Shown: one piece after another, positions 52,901-64,000 of the stretch
How the letters are laid out: each line of letters opens with the position of its first letter
How positions within the stretch are numbered: position 1 is the stretch's first letter
NCBI RefSeq assembly: GCF_964204645.1
Contig: NC_134034.1
Location: 7,762,962 to 7,826,961, forward strand
Source of the DNA: Tubulanus polymorphus
Taxonomy: Eukaryota; Animalia; Nemertea
Length of the DNA stretch: 64,000 nucleotides
Reading direction: 5' to 3'
Translations under genes and position numbers: made by a program
Notes under the pieces: generated by a model
What the model was told of the DNA's origin: nothing
Databases searched by the model: none
Seen by the model: only the letters and a program-made list of their open reading frames with translations

Positions 52901-55137
52901 TATAAAATTGAAGATGATATATGGATAGGTTATTCAATATATACTGGTAAAAATGATGCCCAATATGTGATATAAATGTTCAATTAAAAAGTAGAAACCG
53001 AATCCATACTTCAGTCTGATATTGTTATAACATCAAACACTCAAATTTAATCCTTTGTTAGATTGGTAGCCAGTGTAGATGAGCAAGAATAGTGGTCCCT
53101 AATTTTAATGTGGACTGTTCAACAAGTTGGGGTTTGTGAAGAGATGAAAGAGTTTAAAATGGAGTGGAATTTAGATAATACTGTTTGAATGTCTATTACT
53201 CAATCTTTATATTGATCATAAAAAATTGTGGTAAAATATTTGACTCTAGGGTTGGTTTTAGATTGTATCTCTCCACGCCAGAGGTAATCACGGATATTGG
53301 ACTACACAAAATTCCTTGTGTACAGCTCAACTTTTTAAATCCCTGGAAAAGCTCGCCACGGATATATCTCAGTAATGATTAATTTTCCCACAAATTCTCC
53401 CCTTCGAAAAACCTAAACAACCAATGTACGCTTGCTCTAAGTTTGCCAATGCACTATTGTTACCTTTTCTAGCTATTTGCACTAGCTGTTTGTCGCAAAT
53501 AGATTGCATCCTCTATTACAGGAGTAAAGGATACAGCTCTGGGACCCGTTTCTCAAAAGATAGTTTAAATTAACCATCATCCAATATGATACATGACTAA
53601 ATACATTGAAAAAGATCAACTATGTACACATTTCAAATTTCAAACCATGTTTATCATTAGAAAATTACGATCTCTCACTAGAGATAATCTTTTTGAATTT
53701 GTACACTGAGTTTTCGTATCGTATTATCGTATTTTCAATTCTCTGCTTTTGAGTCAACAAGTACAAAGTTATTTTAGCAATGAAAATTTAATTGTCATTA
53801 TAAATGTTAACTATCCACTGGTAAACTTACTAACTTTTGGCAACTGACCTTAGATCGTGGAATGGTCTCAGGTGGCCTGCTGATCCACTCTTTATTTATT
53901 CTACTAAAGAAATATACAGTATAAGACGTAAAAAGTACATGAACATATTATTTATCTTTATATTGCGATAATTCGTGTACGTATGATTGAAAAACGATAT
54001 TCTATCGAATCTCATGGTACTTATGATTATTGTGTATTAGCAACCCTCCACGGATACGAAGCAGCCTAAGTTTACATCCTACCAAAATTATCCTCGGAAC
54101 TCTCAGCATTATTTCAAGGGTCGGTCTTAGAAAATATACGAAGGACGTGTTCACAGGTTAACGAGGCCAAAAATCTTCCCCAAAATTTCAAATTTTTACA
54201 AGCAAAGATAATATACTTCATGCTTTTGGTGCAGAAAAAAATACATGTCCACAAAATGCAAATTGTGTTTTGAAAGTTGTAAACGATTGAGTGTGGAATT
54301 GTTTCGAATTCAAGGTTTTCCCATTAACACTCCGGTTTTTTCAATAAGATAAGTCAAACTATTGTTGTGATGGCCAGTTGAATACTTCATCATTATATTG
54401 AAAGATATGTTATACTTAATGCATATTTTCTTAGGACTTACAGCTTTCTCTATAGGTTAGCGTTGTGATCACTCAAAATTAACCATAAGTTTGAATTCTC
54501 ACTGATCTACTACATCTCTATAACAAAAATATATTTCATATCAGGCAATTAGCTTTGATCTGTGGTCAGTGGACAGCAGCTACGAAACATTTAAAACTAC
54601 TACATTATCATTCCATCTATTCATGTATATATAATATGATATGATATCTTCTTTGTTCAGTTTAAAAGTCTTGATCGTAAAAGTTTGACAAGTCTCGCAT
54701 GTTGGTACCGATACGCACGTTCACGCGAGTGAAATGTGCACGTTACAGGCTCAAATGCGCACGTTACAATTACAAATGGAAACGTTGTTCGTTCAAAACC
54801 CTACGTAAAAATCTTATGCATTTTAGCGGAATTTCAAAGTTAGCTCGCTATCTACAACAAAAATCGGACAAGACTTTTTCAAGCGACAAATTTAAATGTA
54901 AGAGCTAGTAGTACCAACGAAGGATTCACTAAACATATAAATTACTTATGGGGGTTCTGGTTAGCACTGGTAACTGGTCAGTACTGGTCAAGCATTGGTC
55001 AGTTAAACAATTTTTAGATTAATGCCCACATCATATTTGACACCAAACAACTTAATTGTTTGCAAATAAATAATTTACTATATGGTCAGTACTGGTCATG
55101 CATTGGTCAGTTAAAAGACCATGGTCCACGCCACATT

Positions 55138-56525
55138 TGTTACGATTCGGTTTCCCCGCCTAAACATAACTCTGACCAGTACAGTCGGTCGAATTTCTCA
55201 AGAACCACAGCCGGAAGTCATCACTTTCGTTACGTCGGCCATTCGTAATCGAATCGACTCCGACCGTAAATTCGAGAGAAACTAAAAATAGGCGATCGGT
55301 TTCTTCGACTATAAAATTCAAGTGCAGTCTGAATTTTATTCCGGTTTCCATAAGCTCTACCGAATCCCACTGAATCTCGCGACAGTCATAGGCAAATAAG
55401 GCAATCGCATTACTAGAATATCTTCACCAAGAACCTTAGTGTCTGATGTACCACGGTGGTTACACAGGATCGTAGAGCAACGTAGATACACTGTGGAGAC
55501 TGCCAGGACTGGGTGAAAGAATATCATGCTCGAATATATATACTCCGAAAAATCGAACGCATAATCAAAAGAAGTAACAATTCATAGTTAAAAATGACAT
55601 GTATGAATATTTATTGATTTATTCAGGTCGAGAGTCGTGGCGAAATGAACAGGCTATTAGGATTTGACTAGGCCTCGGTCCTCCGAGCGATCCTGGGTCG
55701 AGAGGCGGCAAGGGCGATTATCCGATTTCGAGAGAAATCCGCGTTGTCAAGACAACGCAGATTACCCGGGTCATGATTCGAGAGAATTCGCTCGAAGCTC
55801 ATCGATGAAAGTCTTCGAGCGAGAAAAGGTAGAGACTAATAATCGAGGCGAGTCCACTCGAAGTCGAATAAACGTAATTCATACGGGATAAAAGGCTATG
55901 ATGTTCTTCCATTGCAGTGATCCTTGGTCGGATTCTCCTTTGATTTCGGGTTCAGACGAAGTATTCGAGCGGGGCCGGAGCCCTGTCCGAGGGACGTGGT
56001 TTGAAATGACTTATCGCATCATTCCGGGGTCAATACAGACCTGAATAAGGCAATTAGACTGTGCGTCTGGCGATTTTTAAGAGATCCATTATTCAGCGAG
56101 CGATTACAAGCTCTCCCAACGTGTCTCAAACACGGAATGTCAGGAATGCGGTTCTGACCGCTCTTAAATAGGCCGCCTTCTACGCTGATTGGCTAATAGC
56201 CAAATTACTGCGCGACAAAAAATGCCGGCGCACGCGGCTTTGGGTAGGCGTACATGACTGGAATTTTCGATGAATCAATCCTCGTTTGGATATTTGCTAT
56301 TGAAAGAGCGGAAACCCTTCACGGAAAAGACTTGGCAATATCCCAGGTAAAAAGAACTTTTTCGTAAAACGGCCGTCTACGATGAGGTGATACGGCACTT
56401 CCGGATTTCAGCGATTTCGAATAGTGCGGCTCTGAATTGGCGAGTTTTCCTCAAAAGACGGATATAATGCTATCGCGGACTGGTCATCAGGTCTGAAGGT
56501 TGGTTCCATGGTCAATCTCGCCACA
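55138..56525 (-). mobile_element. Putative ~1.4-kb solo LTR (Gypsy-like)
   Basis: TGT...ACA ends, higher GC, minus-strand TATA-like (~56165) and AATAAA (~55610); no TSD found. Confidence 0.4.
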
Positions 56526-56856
56526 CAAGTGGTTAATGGGTGTTTCAAGTGCTTACAACGATGCTTATTGCGTCATTCTTCGCGAGTAGCTGCTTTTCTA
56601 GGCAGATACTGGATAAATATTTTTTCAAAAATTTCCTTCAAAAAAAATGAATGCAGGAACGTTTACCTATGGTCAGGAGCTTATTAATCTATGTTCTGCG
56701 GTGACCAAGACATGGCAAGATGGCCGCTATGACGTCATGAAACTGTAATGTCACACATGCATTCGACCAGTTAACACGTGTTTCACTCGAGCTCCAGTAG
56801 AATACTACAATACAATACTACTACAACTCTGCCATGTCTCAAAAACCAGCACAAAA

Positions 56857-57485
56857 ATGTCATCAACTGACATGCAGAAAGAGGTTCAAACGCTAAAAGA
56901 ATCTAACCAGCAATTGACCAAAAAAGTCGAAGATATGGAAAAAACGATATCCGCTCTTCTCGCGCGCATGACTACCTTAGAAAACAGGGAACTAAACGCA
57001 AATCAAGTTATGTCTGAAGACAATGATAAAAATCATTCAAATTCCGAACGCCGACAAGATCAACGCAAAATAACCGGTTTAGTTATTGCTGATAGCAATA
57101 GGAAATACATATCACCCGCAGGACTCAGCTTCGGAAATCGTAAGTCAATCATTTATCCGTGTCCATTATTATCAGATGTCAAAGAAACAATTACTAAACG
57201 AAACTCTGATAATCCGGTGTCTCCTGATACCGTTTTGCTGCATGTGGGTTCAAACGACTGGGATTCTTAACAGGAAAAACAGATTATCACCGATGTTAAA
57301 AAATCTATAGAAGCTGTGCGAGAGTTATGGCCCGATACGAAAGTTAAAGTCTCACAAATCCTGCCACTTCAAGACACTTCAATCGAGGATTTAGACAAAC
57401 TAAACAACAAAATCGAAAAAACTGTCAATGAAAAAGACGCGTATTTCGTTCGCCATCGTATCTCCATCGAAGATCTCCACGACCT
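56857..57485 (+). pseudogene. LINE ORF1 (coiled coil + SGNH esterase-like), truncated
   Basis: Heptad N-terminus; VIADSN (block I), LHVGSND (block III), VSQILP; one in-frame stop at 57268; AAGATGGC motif upstream. Confidence 0.7.
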
Positions 57486-59233
57486 AACCGTCAGAGTGTT
57501 AGGATCATTTCGCGCAAGTGAGTCAATTGTTGCGTTCAGAAGTCTTCCTTCAACGTCCAAGCCGATATCATCGAATCACGGAGGTACATGTGAAATAACA
57601 ATTTTCGAGTCCGGATATCTGTTTTTTTTGTACAATTCACTAGATCTATCATTTTACCTATGCATGTTTCTGCATTTCCATATAGATCCAACATGATAGA
57701 CAATGGTCGACGGATTTCTTTCACGGCACGATTTTATTGTATCGACAGCTTCTGGGATAGTGTACGTCTGGAGCTTTCGGACTACACACGGTTTAACGAA
57801 GACCTCAGGATCAAAATACCTAAGGTTAGAGTCTCCAATTACTATGACCTCGCCTTTTTTCATTGATGCCGTCGTGGCTATCAGGTGTACGTAACCTTCG
57901 CATATAGTTATTTGACCCCCTCTCAGGTTTTGGTGATTCAGAGGGTTCTGGTGAGTCAGTGGGGGAGAGAGATGAGCGGTTGCGGACTGGTCGCTCCTGC
58001 GTTTTCATCGGCTGGCTCTCTCTCTTGCACAGAAACGCTGCTCAGGGTTTTCACATCTCTTAATAGGCAGTCGTTCTCAGACTGAGTATCTCTGACTGCG
58101 TTAACGGTTTTTTGTACATTCTGTATTTTGCTGTCGGTTCTATCAGAGATTTTGCGAATAGCGCTAACATTTTGTTCGATTGAGCCTAGTTTATCACATA
58201 ACTCAAAAACGTTATCCGTGCGTTTTTGTACACAATCTATCTTCTGTGTCACTGCTTTCAGGTCCTCTTTTTGCGCACAACGGTCAACCTGTTGTGTCAG
58301 TTTAACTATAGATGATTGAATGTTCTTAAGTATCGCTTCAAGTTCATCACTACCGACGAATTGGGGGGGGGGGGGGGGTCTGGCAGTGAATCGAAACTTT
58401 GCTTGATTTTGGTGCCTCAGGCTGAACACGTTCGTCACTGTTGCAGCCACACGGCGATTGTGTAGAGACAGCAACTTTTTCTTTCGCTATAGTCTCGGTT
58501 TCTAGCGGAGGTTTTATACACGGTGGGCAGAGATAGAGTTCATTGACATTTGCTTTCGCTTTGTTCAGATCGCACCGATTGAGTTGACTGCACTCGTAGT
58601 GCGTCCAGCTATCACAGAGAGAACAGGCAATCATTTCGCTGGTATCTTTTTCGTTGCAGCCAGTACACGATGATTTGCCCGATGGCAGTTGGCTGAGAGA
58701 GCTGGTGCTTGTTAAACGTTTGCTGTGAATTGTACCCAACATTTTGGGGAAAACATCCGCAAGCCATAGCAGATACGAGCTGCCGTGTATATGGAGCTTA
58801 GCTGATTTCTTATTGGAACCTTTCGTACAGAGTAGCATGGACTGACCTGAGTACAGTGCCATTATCGTCTGAATACGAGCCGGTGAATTGCAGTCCATAG
58901 CATCCTCGGTCAATAGGATCATCGTACAATTGTTGAAGGTGTTTATTGTAAGCTAATATTTTGTCTTTTTCGATCTCGATGACGATTGAATTCGTTTTTT
59001 CGTTTATCTTCGGTTGTGCTGTGTTTAACGGTTGATTTTCTTTTCAGTATAGCGGCACGTAACTTTGTGTAGGCACTGTTCAGTTTTTGAAACTGTTGAG
59101 TGGAATTGTCATTACCATTTTTATCAGGGTGCTGTTGTTTTGCCAGCAAAATGAATCTAGATCGAAGTTCATCGAGCCCCGAGGGCAGCACTTTCAACAA
59201 TGCATGCAATTCCTTCGTACTGGGCGCCGCCAT
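57486..59233 (-). pseudogene. LINE-type ORF1: DnaJ domain + TBP-like domain + PHD finger + coiled coil + SGNH esterase-like, frameshifted
   Basis: LAKQQHPDKN...FQKLNSAYTKL; VHATLY...KLHIHG..YLLW; C4HC3 CTGC..CSLCDSWTHYEC..CPPC; heptads; VIGDSN, YHVGS, VISHVPP. Confidence 0.75.
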
Positions 59234-59534
59234 CTTGGATTTTCTTTGTTTGGCCGTCGGAATGATTTTTCGGTATTTCGACGGGTTTTAAACGGTAGTG
59301 TTTCAATCACTTACTGATTTGTGTCACTTATTATTGCTTTCGGTAATTCCTGAAATAATTTGTACTTTCACACGCCCATTCTGGACAGATTTCGTTGATT
59401 TTCAGTGTTTTTATCGGAGCTTTTAAATCTACCACCACCTGCAAGCAGCGCCACTTGTGACATGATTACTAGAAACTATATAATTTTACAGCATAAACCC
59501 ATCAGATTTCATTCAAAATTCCTTTAATTCTATC

Positions 59535-60405
59535 TTAAGCAATTTTGGCTGCTGTCCTTTCAACTCGATTGATTGTGTTTTGATTATCAGAATTTGTTGA
59601 GTGCTCTACATCTGCTATATGCATCTCTAGTGGACACAGCTTTGACAGAGGTCTGTTAGTTATGCCACTAGATGTTTTGATTATAAAAGATCTAATGTAA
59701 TTATCATGGCTAGTTATAACGTGAATTATTATCCCCATGCGCCATTTGTTACGTGGAGATTCATCACAAATTAGTACCACAGAACCCGTTTTGATCAATT
59801 TTTCATTTTTCCCGTGAGAAAAATGACTTTCTCTCAGACTGACCAGATACTCCTTACTCCATCTTGACCAAAATGGTTCTTTAATCTTACAAAGAAATCT
59901 ATATCGTTTTGTTAAGTTTGATTCCGATGCATCAAACTCGGGATCATCGAAATCGTAGTCAAGGTTTGGTATAGACGAGATTCGTCGCCCACATAACAAA
60001 TAAGAGGGAGTAAGAGTTACATCGTCCAGATCTGATGAGACGTATAATAACGGACGGTTATTTAGAACACATTCTACCTCAGTAACGACTATACTTAATT
60101 CTTCATATGATAATAATGCTTTTCCCATGACTTTTTTGAGAGCGGTTTTTGTTAGTCCGATTAATCGTTCCCAAAACCCTCCGTGCCAAGGAGCTCGCTT
60201 TGTAATAAATTTCCATTCGATTCTTTTGCTTGTAAGATAATTGGATAAGAATTTTGCAACAGCAACAAAATTCGAAGCGTTATCTGAAATAATCTTCCTT
60301 GGCACGGAGCGCCGGGCCACAAACTTACGAAAGGCATAAAGAAAATCTTCCGCAGAATTTGATTTTACAAGTTTTCAAATGAACTGCTCTCGTAACTGAG
60401 CATGT
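59535..60405 (-). mobile_element. BEL/Pao integrase fragment (different family from the 30.8-kb element)
   Basis: IISDNASNF, APWHGGFWERL, LNNRPL, W.RWSKEYL, RPLSKLCPLE. Confidence 0.9.
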
Positions 60406-61099
60406 AAGTAATTGGAAAATGTGGGTTTCATACCAGAGTACGAGAGTACGACACACCACTCATCACCACAAGTAATTTTTCCCCATAATAAATGGGAGAT
60501 AGAAAAGCATTCTTAGCAACAATAAATAACAAAAGAAAACAGATAAAATTTCAGCAAATTGAAGTTACTGTAATGTTAGTATAACGCGAGAATTTAAAGT
60601 ATTTTACCCGATAAATTGGTTGCATTGAGTAAAGAGGAATTAAAAGATTTAGAGGGATTTAAAATAATTTACCATGGGAAAAATGAAGACGGGCATCATG
60701 ATTTAGAAGTTGTTGATTAAAAAATAAGAAATAAAATAATTAAAAAAATTTAAAAAAAATGAATATCAAGAATCCGAAATTACTTATCTGGACAATTCAA
60801 TTGCTCCGCGTAGATAGACAAAAGTAGTGAGATATTCAATTAATTAAAATAAATTTTTATATTTTTTGCTTTTTTTCTAAAATATTTATTCATTATTTTT
60901 ATGGTGAATTTTGGAATTTCAGAAGTATTTTCATTTTTAATAGCAGTAGTTTCAGAATTATTGATATCATAAATTTTATTTGATTTTTTATATCAACTAC
61001 ACCCAATCAAAATGAATACAACTACAAATCCAGTTGTAAAATATGAATATCTATCAAATATTCTATTATCAGAAGGAGTAGAAATAACAATATTTTCAT

Positions 61100-61352
61100 T
61101 AAAAGTGTGAGTAAAGTGTGAGTAAAATAATTTCGATTTTCAATATTAAAAGTGTGAGTAAAATAATTTCGATTTTCAATATTAAAAGTGTGAGTAAAGT
61201 GTGAGTAAAATAATTTAGATTTTCAATATCAAAAGTTTGAGTAAAATAATTTAGATTTTCAATATTAAAAGTGTGAGTAAAGTGTGAGTAAAATAATTTA
61301 GATTTTCAATATTAAAAGTGTGAGTAAAGTGTGAGAAAAATAATTTAGATTT
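61100..61352. repeat. Iteron-like 35/47-bp tandem repeat with AAAGTGTGAGTA core
   Basis: About six tandem units; mirrored at 63660-63755; dispersed versions in both arms of copy 1. Confidence 0.85.
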
Positions 61353-61974
61353 TAAGATAAATAATCTAGAAAATTCATTTTATTAAAAACTTTGCAGTAT
61401 AAATGAAAGAAGAAATTGAATTTAAAATTGAAATAAAAGAATTTAATGAATTATTTTCACTATTTAACATTAAAAATTATATCTCAGCAAAAAATTTAGT
61501 GTATGCCAAGACAATATAAAATTGATAGTATTACTGTAATTAATCAAATATTATTAAATGAAACATATTTGATTACTGAACTTATCGATATTATTATAAT
61601 TTTATTCTTATTTTAATTTTGATAATAAACAAATTATTTATAATGAAAATTCAACAAATATTGGAATTCAATGTGATTTAGAAAGCAATAATTCTTTTAA
61701 AGATATTGCAATTAAATGTGATTTAGAAAATAATGAATCTTTTAGAGATATTGGAATTCAATGTAATTTAGATAATGAATTAAAAAGATTTAATCCTATG
61801 AAATGAAAAATGAAAAAATTCATTGTTATTGCGGAGGTAAATATCTAAAATCACATAAATCAAAGCATTATCAAACAATTAAACATAAAAACTGTGAAAA
61901 GAGTAACAATTCTACATTTAAATAAATAAAGTAGTCAAATAATTATTGAATTAAGTTAAATGATTTAAATATCT

Positions 61975-63125
61975 AATAGACTGTCAAAATGATAAATTGT
62001 TAGACTGTTAAAATGATAAATTGTTAGACTGTTAAAATGATAAATTGTTTGACTGTTGAAATGTTAAATTGTTTGACTGTTAAAATTATAAATTGTAAGA
62101 CTGTTAAAATGTTAAATTGTTAGACTGTTAAAATGATAAATTGATTGACTGTTGAAATGTTAAATTGTGAGACTGTTGAAAAGTTAAATTGTTAGACTGT
62201 TAAAATGATAAATTGTTAGACTGTTAAAATGATAAATTGTTTGACTGTTGAAATGTTAAATTGTTAGACTGTTAAAATGTTAAATTGTTAGACTGTTAAA
62301 CTGTTAAATTTTTAGACTGTTAAAATGTTAAATTGTTAGACTGTTGAAATGTTAAATTGTAAGACTGTTAAAATGATAAATTGTTAGACTTTTAAACTGT
62401 TAGACTGTTAAACTGTCAAATTGTTAGACTGTTAAAATGATAAATTGTTAAACTGTTAAAATGATAAATTGTTACACTGTCAAATGATAAATTGTTAGAC
62501 TGTTAAATTGTTAGACTGTTAAAATGATAAATTGTTAGACTGTTAAACTGTTAAATTGTAAGACTGTTAAAATGATAAATTGTTAGACTTTTAAACTGTT
62601 AGACTGTTAAACTGTCAAATTGTTAGACTGTTAAAATGATAAATTGTTAAACTGTTAAAATGATAAATTGTTACACTGTCAAAATGATAAATTGTTAGAC
62701 TGTTAAATTGTTAGACTGTTAAAATGATAAATTGTTACACTGTCAAAATGATAAATTGTTAGACTGTTAAATTGTTTGACTGTTAAAATGTTAAATTGTT
62801 AGACTGTTAAAATGATAAATTGTTAGATTGTTAGACTGTGAAAATGATAAATTGTTGGACTGTTAAACTGTTAAATTGTTAGACTGTTAAAATGTTAAAT
62901 TGTTAGACTGTTAAAATGTTAAATTGTTAGACTGTTAAAATGATAAATTGTTAGATTGTCAAAATGATAAATTGTTAGACAGTTAAAATTGTAAATTGTT
63001 AGACTGTTAAAATGTTAAATTGTTAGACTGTTGAAATGATAAATTGTTAAGACTGTTAAAATGTTAAATTGCTAGACTGTTGAAATGTTAAATTGTTAGA
63101 CTGTTGAAATGTTAAATTGTTTGGC
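61975..63125. repeat. Minisatellite, 24-bp unit TTAGACTG-TTAAAATG-ATAAATTG (three 8-mers)
   Basis: ~1.15-kb array with 16/24-bp variants. Confidence 0.92.
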
Positions 63126-63736
63126 TGTAAATTCAATTGTTATTTGATATAATCATTTAAAAGTTTGATGTTTTTCAAATGATTATAGCATATTAAATTA
63201 AAAACTAGCTAATATTCATAATTTTTTTAATTTTTTCCGTAAATAAATGGATGGTTTCATTCCAACTGGAAAAAGTGATATAAAACATTATTTACTTGCT
63301 GGAGGTTTAATATTGGCTGCGCTATACTTTTATTATGAAAGTATCAGTAAGGATTTGATAATATTTTTTTATGTTTTCATCTAAATTACCTTTTCAATTT
63401 AAAACTTTAAATTATCTAAAGTATCGATAAGTTCAGTAATGAAATATGTTTCATTTAATAATATTTGATTAATTACAGTATTATTATCAATTTTATATTG
63501 TCTTGCATACACTAAATTTTTTGCTGAGATATAATTCTTAATGTTAAATAGTGAATAAAATTCATTAAATTCTTTTATTTCAATTTTCAATTCAATTTCT
63601 TCTTTCATTTATACAGCCAAATTTTTAATAAAATGTATTTTCTAGGTTATTTATATCTTAAAATCGAAATTATTTTACTCACACTTTACTCACACTTTTA
63701 ATATTGAAAATCTAAATTATTTTACTCACACTTTAC

Positions 63737-63946
63737 TCACACTTTTAATATTGAAAATATTGTTATTTCTACTCCTTCTGATAATATAATATTTGATAAA
63801 TATTCATATCTTACAACTGGATTTGTAGTTGTATTCATTTTGATTGGGTGTAGTTGGTATAAAAAATCAAATAAAATTTTTGATATTAATAATTCTGAAA
63901 CTACTGCTATTAAAAATGAAAATACTTCTGAAATTCCAAAATTCAC
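63737..63946 (-). CDS. Small hydrophobic ORF-F of the foldback element (inverted twin at 60901-61110 +, which has a stop)
   Basis: NFGISEVFSFLIAVVSELLISKILFDFLYQ present in both arms; the minus copy lacks the ATG seen in the plus copy. Confidence 0.4.
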   Translation of the reverse strand: MNFGISEVFSFLIAVVSELLISKILFDFLYQLHPIKMNTTTNPVVRYEYLSNIILSEGVEITIFSILKV

Positions 63947-64000
63947 AATAAGAAAAATGGATTAATATTTTAGAAAAAAAGCAAAATAAATAATTTTTTT

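Larger units (their letters stand above)
60408..64000. mobile_element. AT-rich virus-like foldback element, copy 2 (runs off the window)
   Basis: Inverted arms ~60865-61590 vs ~63420-64000; small ORFs at 60492, 60901, 61403 and 63247; central satellite. Confidence 0.75.

Noticed and set aside
52600-53200. piggyBac or Kolobok transposase remnant (GYSIYTGKND, GWSKKRVGSSANG)
   Set aside because: Motifs are too short and discordant to assign a family by eye.
61975-63125. CRISPR-like or telomeric array
   Set aside because: No unique spacers and not a G-rich telomere repeat; it is a head-to-tail 8/24-bp minisatellite.

Overview
AT-rich eukaryotic (animal, probably marine invertebrate) genomic DNA; most ORFs in the supplied track are spurious. 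One host gene can be reconstructed: a minus-strand kelch-repeat gene with three phase-compatible coding exons (40936-40789, 24297-24218, 2443-2368). Its 16.5 kb and 21.8 kb introns are packed with nested transposon remains. These include a full-length BEL/Pao LTR retrotransposon (168-bp LTRs, CAATA TSD), DIRS, Penelope-like elements with type I hammerhead motifs, CR1/L2 LINEs, hAT, ISL2EU/Harbinger-group, Kolobok, piggyBac, Merlin and mariner-type MITEs, and Helentron-like tandem-repeat elements. Two things stand out. (1) Two diverged copies (9.7-13.1 kb and 60.4-64 kb) of a very AT-rich, gene-dense, virus-like foldback element with a terminal hairpin, iteron-like AAAGTGTGAGT repeats, an 8/24-bp satellite and a conserved order of small intronless TM/zinc-finger ORFs, with no recognisable transposase or polymerase. 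(2) A LINE-type ORF1 with an N-terminal DnaJ (HPD) domain followed by TBP-like, PHD, coiled-coil and SGNH-esterase domains, fused tail-to-tail to a second esterase ORF1.
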